The position numbers and the translations under genes were made by a program. A stretch of DNA of 64,000 nucleotides from Raillietiella orientalis (taxonomy: Eukaryota): positions 2,852,001 to 2,916,000 of the forward strand of contig JAYWIR010000017.1 of the NCBI GenBank assembly GCA_036172245.1, read 5' to 3'. Positions 39,301 through 53,219 of the stretch are shown here, one piece after another (position 1 is the stretch's first letter; every line of letters starts with the position of its first letter). The notes under the pieces are model-generated. The model saw only the letters and a list, made by a program, of their open reading frames with translations. It made no database searches and was not told the origin of the DNA.

Positions 39301-41157
39301 ACTGAAAGAACAAGCACTTAGATTGAATGCAACTTGTCTATATGATTACCTCATCAAATCCTGCATCACAGCTTCTTTATCAATAATAATGCCATCTAGT
39401 GGTTCCTTTACCAATGCTTCTAACTCTTTCATTAAGCGCTTCTAGGCACAATATATGAATCAAAATTTAAAGATTGGATGTAGAAAATGTAGCAAGCATA
39501 CAGAACAGCATCCTTTATTTGAGAGCACTCATATAGATTATTTTAGAAACCCAACAATAGAGAAAATAAATTTAAACTCCTGTCAAGAAATTACTGATAA
39601 TGGAGATTACCTCTGTTTTCTCCTATCATTTACTTTGGAAAAAGGTTCATTATACCCACCATCATTTTAATTTACCTATTAAGACTTAATTTAACTAAAA
39701 CCCAAGCTTTAAGTTATGAAATCTCAATATTTTATTTTAACACAGCAGGGTTCAAGACGAAATTCTGTTGTTGTATTCATGATGGTTTTTCAGACACACT
39801 TCTTGGTTGCACTTTTCACCTCTGGAAATCCTGAGCTTCGGTATGTGAATTACAGTAATATGGTTTTGCATCATCTACTTATAGAGTTTTTGAAACATTA
39901 TTCCAAAGATTAGCTTACAAATTCTAAGAAACAAAAATTACTAAATTCTTCCTACTACAATTTTCATTATGAATACAGAATGGGATCTTATTGCAAGCAT
40001 ATATTTTTCTGAATTACACTTCAAACCAAATCAGCATTGATTACATCTTCTAGACTTAATTGGCTTTTTAAAATGTACTTTGATTCATGATCTATTCAAA
40101 AATCAAGTTCTCAATTAAGTTTATGTTTTTTTGATCATTATTATTCTAGAGGTTCTCCTATTGGAGGCTACTCAGTAAAAATGGCAAATACATGTATATA
40201 GAAAAAAAACACACAACAAAAAAACGTGTGGATATCACTTACATCGAACAACTCAAATAAAGGGAAAATAACAAAACATCAATTTATATTATTATCAGTA
40301 CAGCTGCATTCCCTAATATAGTAAGATTCAAATCATGGCCTAAATATATTAAAACATCTGCATTCTGTTAATTTTCTTATGAAAACTTCACTGGGAAGAA
40401 GTGTATGCCAATGTAACACAACATTGGTAATGCAATTGTTTCTTAATTCCATTAGGGTACTAGTACTAAAGCTATGTTACAGAAAATGAATAACTTTATT
40501 GCAAATACTTCTGAAATCTAAAATTCTTTATATGGTCTCTTGAGACTGATAATATTATGCTAATTGGAATAGTCCTTGTAATATAATCCTAACTGATTTA
40601 GGTGTGATATGCTTCTTTGAAATATCTTTTATGAATCCAATTTTTTACATAACTTTTCACAAACTATGCAGTTTCTATCCAATATTTTTTTTTGTTACTA
40701 CTGATCTTCTTTCAGGAGTTTCTAAAGCTCCAAAGTTCAATTGTTATTTATTTTGTGAACCAACTATATATTTTAAATAGTGTGGGGAGACCCAATACTA
40801 AATAAAAAAAGCAAACCAAGAGCACACCAAGAATACATTTCACATTTGTGTATGATTGGCATACAGCATCTGCCTTTTGTAACAATGATGAAGTAATTTT
40901 TTTCAGCTCATTATGGATTTATAGACAAATTTCAAACATGCAAAACAGCAGAAATGCAACAAATGATTTCAAAGTATCTAGAAGATTTCATTTCTTCAAA
41001 ATCTAAGGCATGTAAAGATAGTAATGTAATGAACCTACCTATACCATATAGGTTCATTACACTCAGAAGTATTTAGCATAAATTAGAATCCAACTAATAT
41101 ATTCAATAATGTGGGTACCTCAGCAGGCTTTGAATGGTTCATGTTAAAAAATTTCAT
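36310..41157 (-). CDS. UBE2W: Ubiquitin-conjugating enzyme E2 W (about 161 aa)
   Basis: Exons 39350-39441, 39199-39301, 36541-36699, 36414-36492 and 36310-36323, GT-AG and phase-consistent: KRLMKEL...GAPGTLYE...YPFDVPE-VMF...HPHIYSNGHICLSIL...WSPALSVQAVCLSIISMLSSCKEKKRPPDN...WYFHDDSV*. First coding exon 41119-41157 (MKFFNMNHSKPAE) is tentative. Confidence 0.92.
36744..36984. mobile_element. Tc2/pogo-type MITE in a UBE2W intron
   Basis: TIRs ccgtattagccc... / ...gggctaacacgg, TA on both sides, internal cgtctta repeats. Confidence 0.75.
36993..37922 (+). mobile_element. Candidate DINE-1/HINE-like (Helentron-associated) non-autonomous element
   Basis: Starts tttatacatcccgc with a long hairpin, contains a ttcggtacacatat core-like word near 37627, and ends cgcgggataaaa (inverted to the start). 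Confidence 0.3.
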
Positions 41158-42840
41158 CCATTTGAAGCATTCTTAATTAATGACGACTACCACAGATTTT
41201 CCGTGTTTATTCTAAAATTGAAAAACAATTGGACTGAGTATGCATAATAAACCAATGACAATGAAACATGTGGCCAGATCATGTAAATCAAACACAGCAA
41301 ATTGTTTGAAATTAAGTCACATACAACGCATTATATTCCTAACGATATCTGTGCTAACAGTAAACATGCCAACATGTTCATATTTTATTTCGTACAAAAA
41401 TGTAGACTTTGTTGAACTTTTGCATGAAATATTATTTGAATTTACAGATTTCACTCATCACACGTATAATTTGCCGTTTTTCTCAAAATAAAACAAAAAT
41501 GCATAAACGATGACCATGCAATAATTTATAATGGGCACACAATGCTTATACAATAAGATATTGATGGTCATGCAGTAAGATAACTGTTCCAATGAGAAAC
41601 ATGGAAACACCGTGTAGTGCTTGACATCACTTTTACAAATGCGAAATTTTTACTCTACAAAAAACTAAAGTCAGTTGAAAAATCACATTTCCGTGCAGTG
41701 AAAAAGCAAAAAAGAAAAGAATCCACCTTTTCTCTTTTACAGGAGTCCTTAAACAAAGTTTGTGCACCGATATTCATTGAAGAACAGTACTCAGTTCCCC
41801 CAAAATGCTCACGCAGTAATAAGACCGGTTAAAAAGTTGTGCTTTAAAACAAACCAAATCACACTGAACCTTATTAATCTAATGAACTATATGCACTTCT
41901 TACTTAGATATAATATTTATGAAAACAAACAAACAAACGTGGAAAGCTGAATCACTGAAAATTCACAAAACATTCCTTGGTCTGAAAAGGTTACCTATAG
42001 GTGTTAATAAATAATGCCGTTTCTCATTTGCATTCTTCTATTCTTTCTTCATTTTGCCTAAAGTGTTTCCAGGTGATCATTCAGTGTGTTCTTGTCCGAC
42101 AGTTGGTGTCTACGTGCATGTACAGAGGAACGCGTACGAAGAATTTTGACCGTTTGCACCGACAAGCGACTTTAAGCAATTGATTGCCCCCAGGAACACC
42201 CAGGGAGTCACATCACCTCCATTCATCCACTTGGCACCGTGATGTCGAAAAAGGGGAAAAAAACTGCTGCACACCCTGGAGGAGATCCACGGCTAGCCAC
42301 GCCGCAAAAAAAAAAAAAGAAAAAAAGGGAAATGCCTTCTCTTTGGAGAATGCTCGATCGAAACGTTTCCACTTTCCATTGGATCTTTTCGATAAGCTCT
42401 TCGAGGATCACTCTTGGAGCAGGCAAAATATCTGGAAACTTTTTAAAGATGGAAGCCGTCGCAGATTATGCAGACGATAAGTCGGATCAAATGCTTCATA
42501 AAAGGCAGCCTTCTTGACTTGTTGTAACACTGATTTATGTGGTATATTAGTCATATTGAGGCTGAGTTCCGTAACATTCGAGCCTATGTTGGATAAACTT
42601 TCTAAAGGTTCAGCCGATGCTCATAAAATTTCCAGAATAAATCCTTGTTTCAACCAACTCAGATGATGCAACTGCAAAATTATTGAGATTACTATCTTGG
42701 TGGTAACAAGTAACTGGGGTCAATAAAAGTAGTGATCCTAAATTCAAGATGTAATTTTTCTAAACGTTTCAGACTTACGTTGCTACCTGTCAGTGTTTTC
42801 AGCCAAATGATTCTGAATCTACAAAGGCATAATTGCCAAC

Positions 42841-42897
42841 CGGATACCTAAAGGACTTCCAGCAAATCTGCAAAGCGGATACCTAAAGGACTTCCAG
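42841..42897. repeat. Perfect 22-bp direct repeat, 2 copies, 13-bp spacer
   Basis: cggatacctaaaggacttccag at 42841 and 42876. Confidence 0.9.
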
Positions 42898-45800
42898 AGG
42901 ATTTCAGTCATTCCTGTGACTTCTCAGAGTCAAGCAAATTAGTCAGTAATGATTACATTTATATAGAAGTAAAAGGACAGGGAAGACGTTTTGGAAATCT
43001 GCTCCTCTCCCCTTTTTGTTTTTTTACTGGTTCTGGTTCAGTTGTTACTTTTTCCTTTGCTAGAACACCTCCATTCATTGCTGTCAGAATCCTCCAAAAA
43101 CTATACTTGATCCTTACTAATAAACAAGTCGAACCTTTGAGAACTTCTGTAGGCCGAAATGAAACACGCTATTTGAACAAGTTATTGGCTTCTCAACAGT
43201 TGAGTGCTGTTTTGGAAACTGGGAGAATTTGTCCAGAGATCAACGACAAAGAAAAATGATTAAGGGCTTCTGAAAGCACAAGCAATTGAGGCATTTTAGA
43301 TCACGAGCAGTTTTTTTCATGAAATTTTCCACAGAAAAAGTCTTCATGTCCATGGCTGCTTCTTTTCATTCACAGCTTGTAAGTGAAGACGAGAAAGTAA
43401 TGCCCATACGAACACAGTATTAAGAAATGGCGACCGAAAACTTGGTGTGGAAATCATCCCAAGTTTGGAATGCAATTTGCAAATCAAATCAGTTTGGCGT
43501 AGGACATTCGATACCAACAAACTTGAGCATACTAATTAATGGAAATCGAATAATTCGCTTATTTACTTGGGAAATAGATAATCTTATGGATTAGTAATGA
43601 TGGTCACAGTAAGGTTTCTTGAATGAGATTTTTTTTTTCTTAGAATAAATGCCAAAACCTGGAGCTCAATACAACAGAAAGTAGTGTTCTTGAAATGTGC
43701 ACTGCTTTTAGAACTGTGGTGTAATAGTAATGTTTTGCAAGATGGTCGCAATGGTGCTGAAACTGCTTTATTGCTAAAGATCATTAAAGGTTTATGGACG
43801 GGGGGAGGGTGGGTGAGAAGAAAAAAAAAGCAGAAAAGCAGCAGCTCGAGTAATTGTCTGAAACAATCCTAATTGGTTGCAATAAACCCATTGCAAATGT
43901 GTGATATTTGATAGAGAGGAAACATCAAATGCTCTTTGACCAGATAAAGTGAAGCAAATGTAAACCACGCTCACTGGTGTTCTGAAATTATTCAGGAATT
44001 ATGTATACAAGTGTATATTTGATTGATACCAAGATTTTCGCTTTCCTGAACATCGCACAATGTTATCGGGAAATTTTATAAGTGATTGTAATGTATTGGT
44101 AGAAAATTCTAACGTAATAGTAACGTGTTCTTTCAATCATAGTCAAAGAAAGGGTCAAAAAAAGACAAAACAAAAAACTCAAAGAAAACTTCATTTAAAA
44201 ACAAAGGTAAGTAATAGCAATTTTTTTATAATAAAACAATTTTGATGGTGTTCTTCCCCTGCAATCAGATGCATCCATTGAACGGTTGTTTGTACAGATT
44301 TGTTTGCAACCCAAGGAAAAGAATCCAAAAGCACGATTTCAAGATGACGTGTAACACAGAAACAAATCTGAAGATAAACTGGAGTTGCGTGTTTCTTTCA
44401 ACGCCGGTAAAAGACTATGCTTTTCAGCGGTCTTCTATTTGGATCGTATGGACTTCGATCACGCGTGATAAATGGAAATGGAAAAATATATATACCTTAG
44501 AATGGGGAGTCTTCCAAAAACATCCATAGGGCTTGGAAGTTTTTCAGTTTTCAACTACTTGCCTACTGATTGGGAAGGCAGTAGTATCATAATTAGGCTC
44601 ACCATGCTGAGCATTGGTCTAAAGATCTTTCTATTACATTATGGAAGCTACTAAAATTGTTTGAGCAGCTATGGTATGCTCCGAAACCTTCCTCACGCCA
44701 AGTCCACGTGCTAACATACAATTCATATAGGAGGCGAATGTGAATTCGATCGCTGCATCCGGCTTGGGTGGAGAATTCGAAAAATGGAATCCCATTGTAC
44801 GAATCTAACAGATCTGTACTTGGATTATTTCTAATCAAACTGATGACACTATGAAAAAGATGAGCCCCAGTGCAGTATGATTAAGAGGTTCTTCAGAAGA
44901 ATTGCACTATTGCAATGTGTGACCCGTGAATATTTGCCCGTATATACAAAACTGTCGACCATTCCAGGAAATCGCTCGTGGGAACTTCAGATCTCCCCTA
45001 GCAAAAATCGCTAAAGGATTCCCATGTCAAAAGAACTCGAAAAAAATAAAAAACTGATTGGAATTTTTAAAGAATAAAGACTGCTCCATTTGGAAGTCAC
45101 AATAAAATTTCAATTTCGATATCTTTTTTTTTCATTTCCGAGACTCTTTCCAGGAAACCTATTTCACCACACTCACATATTCCAAGTTTTCCCTGTCTGT
45201 GCAGTGAATGAATCGATTTCTATGAATGCTGTCTGTCCACTGAATCACAGAATGGGGGAAAAACGACATGGCAGCAGCTTTATCAGGTTTTCCCTCCGGA
45301 ACTAGACTAGAATTTCATCCTATAACGGACAGCAAGTTAATTATGTAGTTATCAGACTTGGTTAAAACGAATTTATTGCACGTGCATCTTGATTGATGTA
45401 TTTTGTTTCTGGACCAGAAGTGTAGCGCATCAATTTAGGATGTCTTAAGTCGTTTGGATGTTTTGTTCCTGCTTCCCTTTTTCATTTTCCAAAACCCTAA
45501 TAATTTACACTGCTTTGATGATTCAGAGACAGATTCTTTTCTTAATGAGGAATACGTGGGAGTAGTAATCAAGATGCAGCTTATGAGAAGCTTGAAGGGT
45601 GAAGAGAGAAATTGCAAAAAGTGGTCAAGTCAGTTTCACATTGCAGTTAAGATGTGATTGCAACCGTTGGAGACAGGTCAGTGTCAAGGCCACTGGATGC
45701 AAATCTGTTTCGATTGACTTGTTTGGATTCACAGCCGTGATATACATCATTACTGATTGTACCTGCCTGCCTCTGCAGAGGATCTCTTAGCCAACCGGGA

Positions 45801-48800
45801 GTCTTAACCACAACAGACGGCGAAACGCACTGAGTTTGCATTTGCATTGAGTTATTAAGCAAATGAGAGCTTCAAATCTTTTTTTTTTTGCTACGAAAAA
45901 GCTGCGGTGTGCTTTCGGAAAAGAAAAAAAAAACTGAATTCAACATTGCAAAGGAATGTAATTTGAAAACAGATAATAGACATCGACCTCTTTTTCCAGA
46001 TTTCTGTTGATACTCAAAGTTTTTTTTTCCTTAATATGTATATATATATATGTCCGTAGGAAATGCATTTCCATTTGAGAATGTTTCCATCATAATACGG
46101 GGTTTTAAAATAGTCAGTTTTTCATTTGGAAACGAGATCCTGGATAACCATTTCAGGATACCTTACCTGGAGTGTTTTAGAGCAGTAGTAGCTATTGTAT
46201 TTTTGTCTCAAATTATTCGTAATCAGTTTAGAAAACAAAGCAAAAGCATCTTAGAGTTTCAGTTGATTCTTATATCATTGTCAGTCGTTCTTACATCAGC
46301 TGGGAGTGACAAGAAACTCTTTTCCTCTCACGCTCTGTTCATTCCTACTGCCTTCCCATTCCATTTTCCCGTTCTTCAAGGTGCGTTTTCCCAGTGCTTC
46401 CTCAATGGTCTGTATTTTAGTTTGCATTCTGGAAATTTTCACCTTCTCAGAGTTATTATTCTTTCTACGTTGCCCTGGATTACAACTTGCTACAACTGGA
46501 AAAACAGATGAGCCTTCAGGTGCGTATCTCTTTTAAGCGGCCAGTTGTTGCAAATAGTTGGAGAATGTTAAGGAAAGCCAAAAAGTGGAATGAATAAATA
46601 GATGGCTTCCATACTGCCGTCAAGATCAAGTTTTGAGAAAAAAAATGGACTTCAATCGCAGTGCTTGCATTATGGATTCAGATGCTATTCCCATTTTGGA
46701 GGGGATATTAGTAATGAAATCGGTCAGCCTTCTACTCTATTCATTGCTCTTTTAGGGAAGCTCAAAGAATAAAGAGTGAATGCTAGGTGTATACATAGCA
46801 GTGAGAACGAAGAATGTTAAACTTTCTTCTGGTTTCTCCTGGTCTTTGATGCTTGCTTAAACTTTCTCACAAGGTTCGTTTTCCGCATATTGTGTTTTAT
46901 GTGACCAGTTGGCGTAAAAGTGACCTCCCCACGATGTCACTGTTTTTCGAAGGTATGGTGGAATCTCTCCAGTTATTGTGCTTTTCTAGTGGAAAATCGA
47001 TGGTCCATCCCTTTGAGCAATGCAATTCAATACTCACGATTTTCTGAATAATCAAGCGAGAGTGAAAAAGTTTCCAATTTCATTGCTATTCAAGCACCGA
47101 AGATGCAACCTAATCAGGTTCTTGGATCCAATTTTCAGGATTGCCAAACGATATTACAGATTTGCACTCAAAGGTTGCTCCAAAATGATTTTCAATATAG
47201 CTGTGCATATTTCATCTTTAAACGACGGGACAGATAATAAGGGAAATAGAAACAAATAACTAATCATGAAAAATAATTGTATTTCCATTAATCATTTTTT
47301 TTTTCATTGCGATCTCTTCAGGTGTCCGCGGTCTTTTTTCTCATTAATGATTAAGGATCCATTTCTTACATGATGTAGTACTGCTTTCTAAAATTCGTGA
47401 TAATAGTAACATAATAAAAATAGCTGTGCGTAAAGCCTTGGTCACCTTGATAGTTATAGCTTCCGGGGGATGATTCAAACGAGCCTCAGTCTATCATCTA
47501 AGAGCATTTTTTTTTTTTTTTCACAAAAAAGATGAAACGGAAGATGGAGTTTCATATCTAGGGAAAGCATGAAGAGAAAGTAAAAGCAGGAAGAAAAAGG
47601 AAATGAGGAATTTTTTTGCACAGGTTTGCAGCTACAGGGGCTTGAATCTTACAATGAAGTTGCCACTCAGCATCCGAAGGAGTGATCTTTCTGCCCACGC
47701 GCTGCCTTTCTATCGGTCTTATAGGAAACGAAAAGCGAGCTTTGGAGCTCTTGCATCCTCGATCCTTCATTTCCCCCTTCCGAACGCAAAAAAAAATGAG
47801 AGCACGGAAGACTTATCAAGATACTTCTGTATCCGTGTCGGCACATTCCAGAATTCGGCACGGGATTTGCTCATGCCTACGAAAGGTGCAACGTTTCTTT
47901 CAAGATGCACTCAGCAGCTGGATCCTCTTTAGAATAAAATTTACTCGTGAGTCCAATTTGACCATTTCGAGGATCTATTAATGTGAAGAATTATCCCCTT
48001 GATTCACCGGAAGAAAACTCAAGAACTTCACCATAGGCAAGCGGACTTTTTATATTTCCCAATATTCATCCGCGGAGATATTCTCTCCTCACGGATGCGT
48101 AAGTGAGGAGGCAAATGATGTAACAGGAAAAACGACATTGCAAAATCAAACAGTCGTAGTCTGTGCACTAACAGACCTTGACCTTTTCATTCCTAGTTCC
48201 TACAATGCCTTCAAAGGTTCACGCGGTCATTGGAGGTGGTAACGACAGTTCTTTGCGCCAGCCTCTGAGGATACAAAACTAACAAGAGATATTGTGTGCA
48301 GTACCTCTTGCTTATTCCTGTAAGGCAATTTTTGCTTGAAATTGACTGCTCTAGATGAGCGGTGGGCAAATTGCGGCCTACTGAGAAAATAGGCTTCTCA
48401 TCGCGGGGTTCGAAGGGAGCCAATCTCGTAGGATGAAGCTGCCCCGCCATCGGATCATCAGAGAAAGTCTAAGGCGAACGACAAAAATGATCAAAAAATA
48501 GCAGTCTAGGAGGCTAGTTGGTTATCTTTTTGTAGGAGCGATTCTAAACTTCGAACTTCATTTGCGCTAAGGTGACCCTGAATTTTCAGGGTCGAACGTC
48601 TTTGTAGTGGTCCTGCTAAGATTTTTTTTAAATATCCATGCATTCACTACAGACGGCGACAATCTCACTTCACTAGACGCATCAGTTGATAAGAAAAAAA
48701 ATTCAATCAAAAAATTATGGATGCACGCTAACGTATGCATATTCCCATATAGGCACTCATTTACAGAAAAATATACATATGTGCAGACGGATTTGTAGAC

Positions 48801-48959
48801 TACTGTTACGATGGCCCTTCGTTTCAGTCCTTTCGGAGTTTGCAGATGAATTGTACTGATATTTGAAGTGCCTCGAGATTTACAGAGTGACCCAGAGTGA
48901 TCTTCATCTCTGTTGGTGCATCACGTGATTCACATGTGATGGATACAGCTGGCATCATG

Positions 48960-49330
48960 TTCTAATGATGCGCTGCGGCTCTAGATCAGCTTGTCGGACG
49001 ACATTTCCAAATTCTTCACGAGAGGCCCCTATTGGAGAATAGAGAAAAGAGTCCGTAGGAACAGAATTCCAGGAAAAATGTGAGGTAAACTCGAGAACCT
49101 GCAATACTGTCGGTTGATGGGAATGACGCATAAGCCAGTGGGCTTTCACACCACGTAAGAAGGTCCACCTCTTCGAGCTTGCCAGTTGGCTCCTCTCTGT
49201 ACGCATCTCCTGCCACCTACGAGAGCAACAGCAGCTCGTGAGGTGCAAGGTGAACGCTCGGCCGCCGTTCAGGGGGGGCACCACGCAATCACCGTCGCAC
49301 TCGTGGGGACGAGCTTACCACTATGTGGAA
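48960..49330 (-). mobile_element. APE endonuclease C-terminal remnant
   Basis: GDCV (GDFN-like), DAYR...LTW...SRVY (D.YR, TW, SRID-like). Confidence 0.45.
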
Positions 49331-49379
49331 GCTCGTGGAAGCCGCCATATTCTTGGGACTGTTGGTTTTGGATGATTAC

Positions 49380-51640
49380 TACCCCGTTATGCCGGGACAT
49401 TTATTACTTAAAGTGATCAAAATACACTGGTGTGGTAGGCCTAGTTGTTCTACCACGCTCAATGAGCCTGCCGAGGACCGGTACGCAAACCGGCGAGGTC
49501 CGCTTAGGTAGCGTGGGGGAAACAAAAACACAAACAAACAAACAAACAAAACGGAGGAGGTGGATTTAAACACAGGGAGGGGATGAATCGAGGAAGGGAT
49601 CACGACATGATGCCAAGCGTCCTCTGCATCCTATTCAGCATGTTAGCAAGTTCCGTCCATATAGCGCCCAGGTGGGGCCATCTCGAGGCGGACCTCAGGA
49701 AGATCGGAGCCCAGCGGACGGCGTTCTTTCCATTTTGGCCTCTTCTTCCCGTGTTTCAGGCTGCCACGACTCTGCGGACACAGCAGAGAAAAATGTGAGG
49801 GAAGCGGGCTGGAGGCAGTGCGGCACTACGCAAGAAGAGGAGTCTGAAAAGGTCTCTGGAGCCGCCTGCCGGGATTCCTAGAATCGTCGCGAGGCGATCC
49901 CAAATGGGTCGGAGGGCAGCACCGTCCACCGGAAGGTGTGGGAGTGTCTCCTTCCCGTGCCTGTCGCACTCTGAGCGTCCACGCTCCCTCCCCCGTGTCC
50001 AGTGTTGAAGGCGCGCTTTGCAAGGGATTCCCCCATGCACCACTAGCAACGCCGACTCCTGCCAATCGAGGGGGAAGGTGCCGCTGTTCCAGCACGCCGG
50101 GGACCACTTCACCTCCTCCGGAGGAACGTCGAGCAGCTGTCCCCAGCGTAAAAGTCCGTGAGGTAGGACACTTGGAGTCGCAGCGCCCGTCACATCTCGA
50201 GTGGTCCTTGCTCCCCAGAAGTTTAGTCTTTGCTGCTATGCAGCACGTCGCTTCCCACCTTGCCGGGATCACGCTGTCTTGCGTCTATTAAAGAGGACAG
50301 CACTGGGGCAAGGGAGAGGTAGACGACTCATCTTCTGTGGGTTGTGGGCGATCTCCTCCAGCGACATGAGAGCGTTAATGCCTCGCTGCAGGCAGGTGCA
50401 ATGCCCGCCTCGCTCGCGCCGTGGATCTTTCCCATGGCAAAGACGGGACTCCTGAAGCCAGGCAGTACAGTTCGCGGAGAGGCAGGAGATCCAGGTGTTC
50501 TTCAGGTGTTGGCCTTGGATGATGGAAACCATTTCCAGTTCTGTTTTCGCTGCTTCTGTTTCATTTTTTTTTGTTTGGTTCCCTAAGTACTTGTAGGAAA
50601 TCGGAGAAGAAACAGGCACTCGGCACCCCTGCTCGCAATGGATGCGCGTTTCCCATAGTGTTCCAGCCCTAATGCAGGATGGCTGCAAGGAAGCGGCAGT
50701 CCCTGCTCACCGAGGAGAGGAGGAGGGAGGAGGGAGGTAGAATTCACGAGGCGTGGAGCACTGGGCACTCCTCTCGAGTTGGACCAAAGCCGGTCGGCTG
50801 GAGCAGATGGGTCCTCGACACCCGTGCAAGCAGTAGCCTTGTCGGCTGTGTTGCACCCGCATCGTTGCGACCCAACAACAGAGCGATGCTCACGTCGGCA
50901 CCATCAATCCAACATTCCGTTTTTTTTTCTTTCTGGTTCCTCAAGTGCTGAAGAACCGCCCATTTCTTTAGGAGGAGTTCACGAAGCTCTTTAAGGCTGT
51001 CCACGCCACCCGACGGTGCCTGTGACTCTTCAAGTTAAAGAGTCAACCCTCGAGAAATCACACTATGAATCCAGTAAAGCCATGGAGGAGGAAGGAGTCC
51101 GTTCCTCTTTCACACCTGGGAGGGAATCCGGAAAGGATCTGCTCTTGGTTTTCTTTTCTGAAGTGAACCTCAAAGGGACGCTTCCCAATTTCCATGGAGG
51201 GTCTCTCTCCGAAGGAAGTAGCTGGCTTTTTAAACCCTGGAGAGACATTAACTAGCTCCATGGTACGCGATGGAAGGCCTTCTTTCGAGGATAATCGGCC
51301 TCCTTCGAGGAGGAAGGGGAAGGAGGGCTCCCTTCTCAGAACCGGAGGGAAACTCCGAAGAACTTCTAGAGGGACCTCGGAGTCAGTTTCTACCTCGGAG
51401 GACTGAGCCAGTTTCAAGTCCCAGACAGTCAACGGAGGCATCCGGGGGTTTCCAGCTTCCACCAGTGCCGCACCCGAAGACTATAAAAGGCCAACCAGCG
51501 CCATCCTGCGGCAGGGGACTCTTAATTCCACGACTCACCCATCCCTCGGTGTCGTTCCTTCCCTGTATGGGATTCGAATCCACAACGCTTGGCGCCACGC
51601 ACGCAGAGACCGCAGCGGCAAGGCCGCCAAAGTAAGCCAC
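49380..51640 (-). mobile_element. Internally deleted Tx1-type LINE: module (51040-51640), EN start, thumb, zf-RVT, 3' UTR
   Basis: WQESALLVVHGGIPCKARL...ECDRHGKETLPHL...IWDRL (zf-RVT), NCTAWLQE, FLRSASRWPHLG, 3' UTR stem at 49478-49493 and terminal hairpin at 49381-49400. Confidence 0.82.
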
Positions 51641-51769
51641 CCAGAAGGGGGAGTGAAAAGGAGCCTCAGGACATGAGCAGCTAGACCGGATTGTCGTCGC
51701 CTGATTCCCTCCCTTCTAGCCTCCGCCTGACGGTGAACCCTCGGGACCCGCGCACACCAAAGTAAAACT

Positions 51770-52760
51770 GGTGCCCCTTCTAACCGTATTTATTGAAACG
51801 GTCCTTCACCCTCACCCTTCTCTCCTACCTCGTTGTGACTTAGAGGAGTCCAAATCTTTCGTCTGGTCAGCTCACTTTTGCGAATCTTCACTTAGGGTAG
51901 ATGACCTGGAGCATCTGGAGCGTCTCAGCTTGACAGTGGAAAAGAAGCAAGCAGAGCTTCACAGTCGGGAACGTGGGAGGGAGGCTGAATGTAGCACAGT
52001 CCGCGTCGGAGACTTTGTGGTTATGGTGGTTTCCGTGCATGGTACTAGGCGTCGCGGGTTCGAGCTCCCGCGAGATAACGCTGGTCAGCCTGCATCCATT
52101 CGGGTGAGACACTGGTAGCGGTTCAAACCGGATGTCCCCGATAAGAGCCGGGACAGTGGGAGTCGACCTTCGGGTCCTTCCAGGAATCGAGGAGTTGAGA
52201 GCTCCCCCTCCGGTTGTGCAAAGGAGCGGACCCCCTCCTTCGAGGGGGATCCTCCATGGAGCAGGTGTGTCACCACCTCTATAGAGAGTGCAAGAAAGCG
52301 AGCCAATCCCTCCGGGGAAGCAGCGCCCTTCTGAATTTCGGAAGCGTCCCTTCGAGGTTCTCTTCTGTGAAGGAGGAAACAGGGAGCGGTTCCCTCGCAG
52401 GATCCCTCCGGAGAAGACATTTCTGATAGTGGATCCTTTCCGGGTTCCCTTCGGAGAAGAAAAAATGGAGCCGACCCCTGTGGAGTCCCTTTGGAGTAAA
52501 TAAGGAAGATTCCCTTCGGAGACAACCAGGGTGGAGGTGTTCTCCATTCCGGGGATCACTTCTCCACAGGTGTGAGAGAGGAACAGACATCGACTCTTTC
52601 CAAGATTCCTAGTGCGGTCTCCTCCCGGGGTATTACTTTTAACTACAAGGGTCACACTCACCATCGGGTGGCGTCGAACCGGGTCAAAGAGCTTGAGGTA
52701 CTCAGCGAACCAACAAACTGGAAGCAAAACAGTGAAGGCAGAAAAGAAAAATTTCCATCA
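51770..52760 (+). mobile_element. Tx1-type fragment: module (52050-52630) running into the ORF2 endonuclease start
   Basis: High similarity to 32800-33430, then GITFNYKGH...VKELEVL (TxNxxG EN start). Confidence 0.75.
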
Positions 52761-52769
52761 TCCTAAGCG

Positions 52770-53210
52770 AAGATAAATAAAAGACCCAGAGCAGTCTGAG
52801 GAAAGGGAATGAGAAATAGAAATACATAAATAAATAAAGCCAAACAATTTCTAGAAGGGGGAGGGAGGTCACCGGAATGCAGCCCGAGTCCCTCGAAGTT
52901 TCCACGAGTTCCTCCGGCGTGGAGGCAAACTTCGCCGCCATGGGAACGCTCCTCAGCACCGGTCTTCCGGCACCGCTGGCGAAGCACGTTCCGGGACCGT
53001 GCCCCTGGGCGCCACACATGGTTGCAACTGCTGCGGCTTCCTTTATCCGAAGAAGAGACACCTCAGCAGGATCTCCAGGGACGCCGTGCGGGCGTGAGGC
53101 AACGAGGTTCTGGATGGGCGTCCCTGTCCGGAACGGAGGGCGTCGCTGCATTACCCAAAGCCGATGAAGAATGGATTCCTCTGCAGGTGGGAAAGCAGGG
53201 CGAGAGCAAG
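52770..53210 (-). mobile_element. 3' fragment of a Tx1-type LINE
   Basis: CSRP...EESILHRLW (zf-RVT-like) followed by a T-rich 3' UTR. Confidence 0.4.
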
Positions 53211-53219
53211 AGGAAGGAG

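Noticed and set aside
42841..42897. CRISPR-like repeat-spacer
   Set aside because: Two copies only, 13-nt spacer, eukaryotic context, no cas genes.
46158..46170. U1 5'-end-like ataccttacctgg
   Set aside because: Short, imperfect and equally explained as a minus-strand splice donor or chance.
48376..48447. Pseudoknot or HDV-like fold
   Set aside because: Loops are too short for a pseudoknot and the HDV core elements do not line up.
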